Shown piece by piece: positions 16,903 through 17,858 of a stretch of DNA of 17,858 bases. This stretch comes from Candidatus Altiarchaeota archaeon. Lineage in GTDB: Archaea > Altiarchaeota > Altiarchaeia > IMC4 > SCGC-AAA252-I15. The notes beneath the pieces are model-generated. The model did no database searches. It saw only the letters and a list, made by a program, of their open reading frames with translations, and was not told where the DNA came from. The position numbers and the translations under genes were made by a program. The number at the start of each line of letters is the position of its first letter. Positions within the stretch are counted from its first letter, which is position 1. The stretch spans positions 1 through 17,858 of the forward strand of contig JBDRLL010000027.1 of assembly GCA_043813075.1 (NCBI GenBank), given 5' to 3'.

Positions 16903-17013
16903 CTATTGCCGTCGTCTGACAGTAATAACATGTCTTGAAGTTGATACTCCACTCTCAACTGATAGCACCCCCGCGAGTGCTATGAAGAAGGCGACTATGG
17001 TGATGGAGTCCAT
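16903..17013 (-). CDS. Candidate 36-aa hydrophobic small protein (alternatively a structured ncRNA)
   Basis: MDSITIVAFFIALAGVLSVESGVSTSRHVITVRRRQ* fills the intergenic gap, with TTTATC about 25 bp upstream. Confidence 0.35.
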   Translation of the reverse strand: MDSITIVAFFIALAGVLSVESGVSTSRHVITVRRRQ

Positions 17014-17057
17014 CGTAAACAATATGAATTCAGGGATAAATCATTTTCAGCGGATGA

Positions 17058-17471
17058 TTATTCACCCTCATGCTCGCGGGTGTCGTAGCCGTCCTCATGG
17101 TCTTCATGATGCTCGTCATAACCCCCGTAATCCTCCTCCTGCTGCCTGTAATGCTCCGCCTCATGCTCGCTCATGTCTGCACTGAATCCCTTACCCATGC
17201 CGAAAAGAACGAGTATTCCCGCGATGAAAACCAATGCGATAACCGCCAATACAACCGCGGACGCTCCCACAAGGATTGCCGCCAGCAGTGCGACCGCGCC
17301 TATTATGACTGCGTAAAGCACCCGCTCGATAAAAGTCTTCTTCCGCTCTTTTTTCCCTGCGTCAGGGTCGTATGGTTCATGCGGCTTCTCGCCCGCAGGC
17401 CCCTGGGCCATGCCGCTGCCAGCATCATGCTGTCCAGAATTCCCTGGGCCAGTGATACCAACATCGTCCAT
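17058..17471 (-). CDS. Hypothetical two-TM membrane protein with a His/Asp/Glu-rich C-terminal tail (137 aa)
   Basis: Start MDDVGITG at 17471 (the longer ORF overlaps proA antisense), KKERKK then a long hydrophobic hairpin, and tail EHEAEHY...DEHHEDHEDGYDTREHEGE. Confidence 0.7.
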   Translation of the reverse strand: MDDVGITGPGNSGQHDAGSGMAQGPAGEKPHEPYDPDAGKKERKKTFIERVLYAVIIGAVALLAAILVGASAVVLAVIALVFIAGILVLFGMGKGFSADMSEHEAEHYRQQEEDYGGYDEHHEDHEDGYDTREHEGE

Positions 17472-17523
17472 AGTAATTACTCTACTGAAAACCCTTAAAA
17501 GCATCGCATACCAATAATACATC

Positions 17524-17858
17524 ATGTCCTCTGTGCTGGAAAAGGCTATTGCCTCTAGGAAGGCCTCGCTCGAGCTGGCGAAGACTAGCACCGAAGCTAA
17601 GAACAATGCTCTGGAGCGTATAGCTGAGGCTATAGAGTCAGGGTCCGGGCGCATACTGGACGCCAACAAGAAGGATCTTGAGGGGGCAAAAAAGCTTCTG
17701 GATGATGGCGGGCTGACGAAGGCGTTATACGAGCGGCTTGAGCTTAGCCAAGAGAAAGTTTCCGGAATGGCGGAGAGCGTTAGGAGCGTCGCTGAACTAG
17801 CTGACCCGTCAGGCAGGGTGGTCGGCGTGACAGAACTGGATAAAGGCCTCGAGCTGAG
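17524..17858 (+). CDS. proA: Gamma-glutamyl phosphate reductase, 5' part (truncated by the window edge; absent from the ORF track)
   Basis: Manual translation MSSVLEKAIASRKASLELAKTSTEAKNNALERIAEAI...ILDANKKDL...LYERLEL...MAESVRSVAELADPSG...LDKGLEL matches the ProA N-terminus. Confidence 0.9.
   Translation, partial: MSSVLEKAIASRKASLELAKTSTEAKNNALERIAEAIESGSGRILDANKKDLEGAKKLLDDGGLTKALYERLELSQEKVSGMAESVRSVAELADPSGRVVGVTELDKGLEL

Noticed and set aside
17472-17669. N-terminal extension of the 203-aa minus-strand ORF
   Set aside because: It overlaps the proA start antisense; ATG 17471 fits the promoter spacing better.
1-17858. CRISPR array, transposase, integrase or rRNA
   Set aside because: No regularly spaced repeats or recognisable motifs were seen.

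Overview
Archaeal chromosomal window, judged from Rpp30, COG1325, the Lsm-L37e pair, archaeal-type MetRS, TATA-box/leaderless starts and an intronless tRNA-Val without CCA. The cysteine-rich surface proteins and H4MPT-type methyltransferases suggest a DPANN/Altiarchaeota-like organism (inference only). Left half: partial membrane protein, CmpX-like TM-repeat protein, argA-lysE, then on the minus strand rpp30, COG1325, geranylgeranyl reductase family, metG and a membrane-anchored tandem GILT/thioredoxin-like protein. Centre: tRNA-Val(GAC), whose 3' 20 bp are duplicated 242 bp downstream around a hairpin-rich spacer, then rpl37e (missed by the ORF track), lsm and an HPrK-like P-loop protein. Right half: the best candidate system, a tightly coupled operon of anchor-less mtrA, mtrH and a core (MesA-like) methionine synthase, probably a soluble pterin-to-corrinoid-to-homocysteine methyl relay. 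It is followed by a chorismatase/Rid-like protein, a Cys-rich secreted protein, a stand-alone DUF4346 protein, a candidate 36-aa ORF or structured RNA, a His/acid-tailed membrane protein and the 5' part of proA. All calls come from visual motif recognition; no searches were run.
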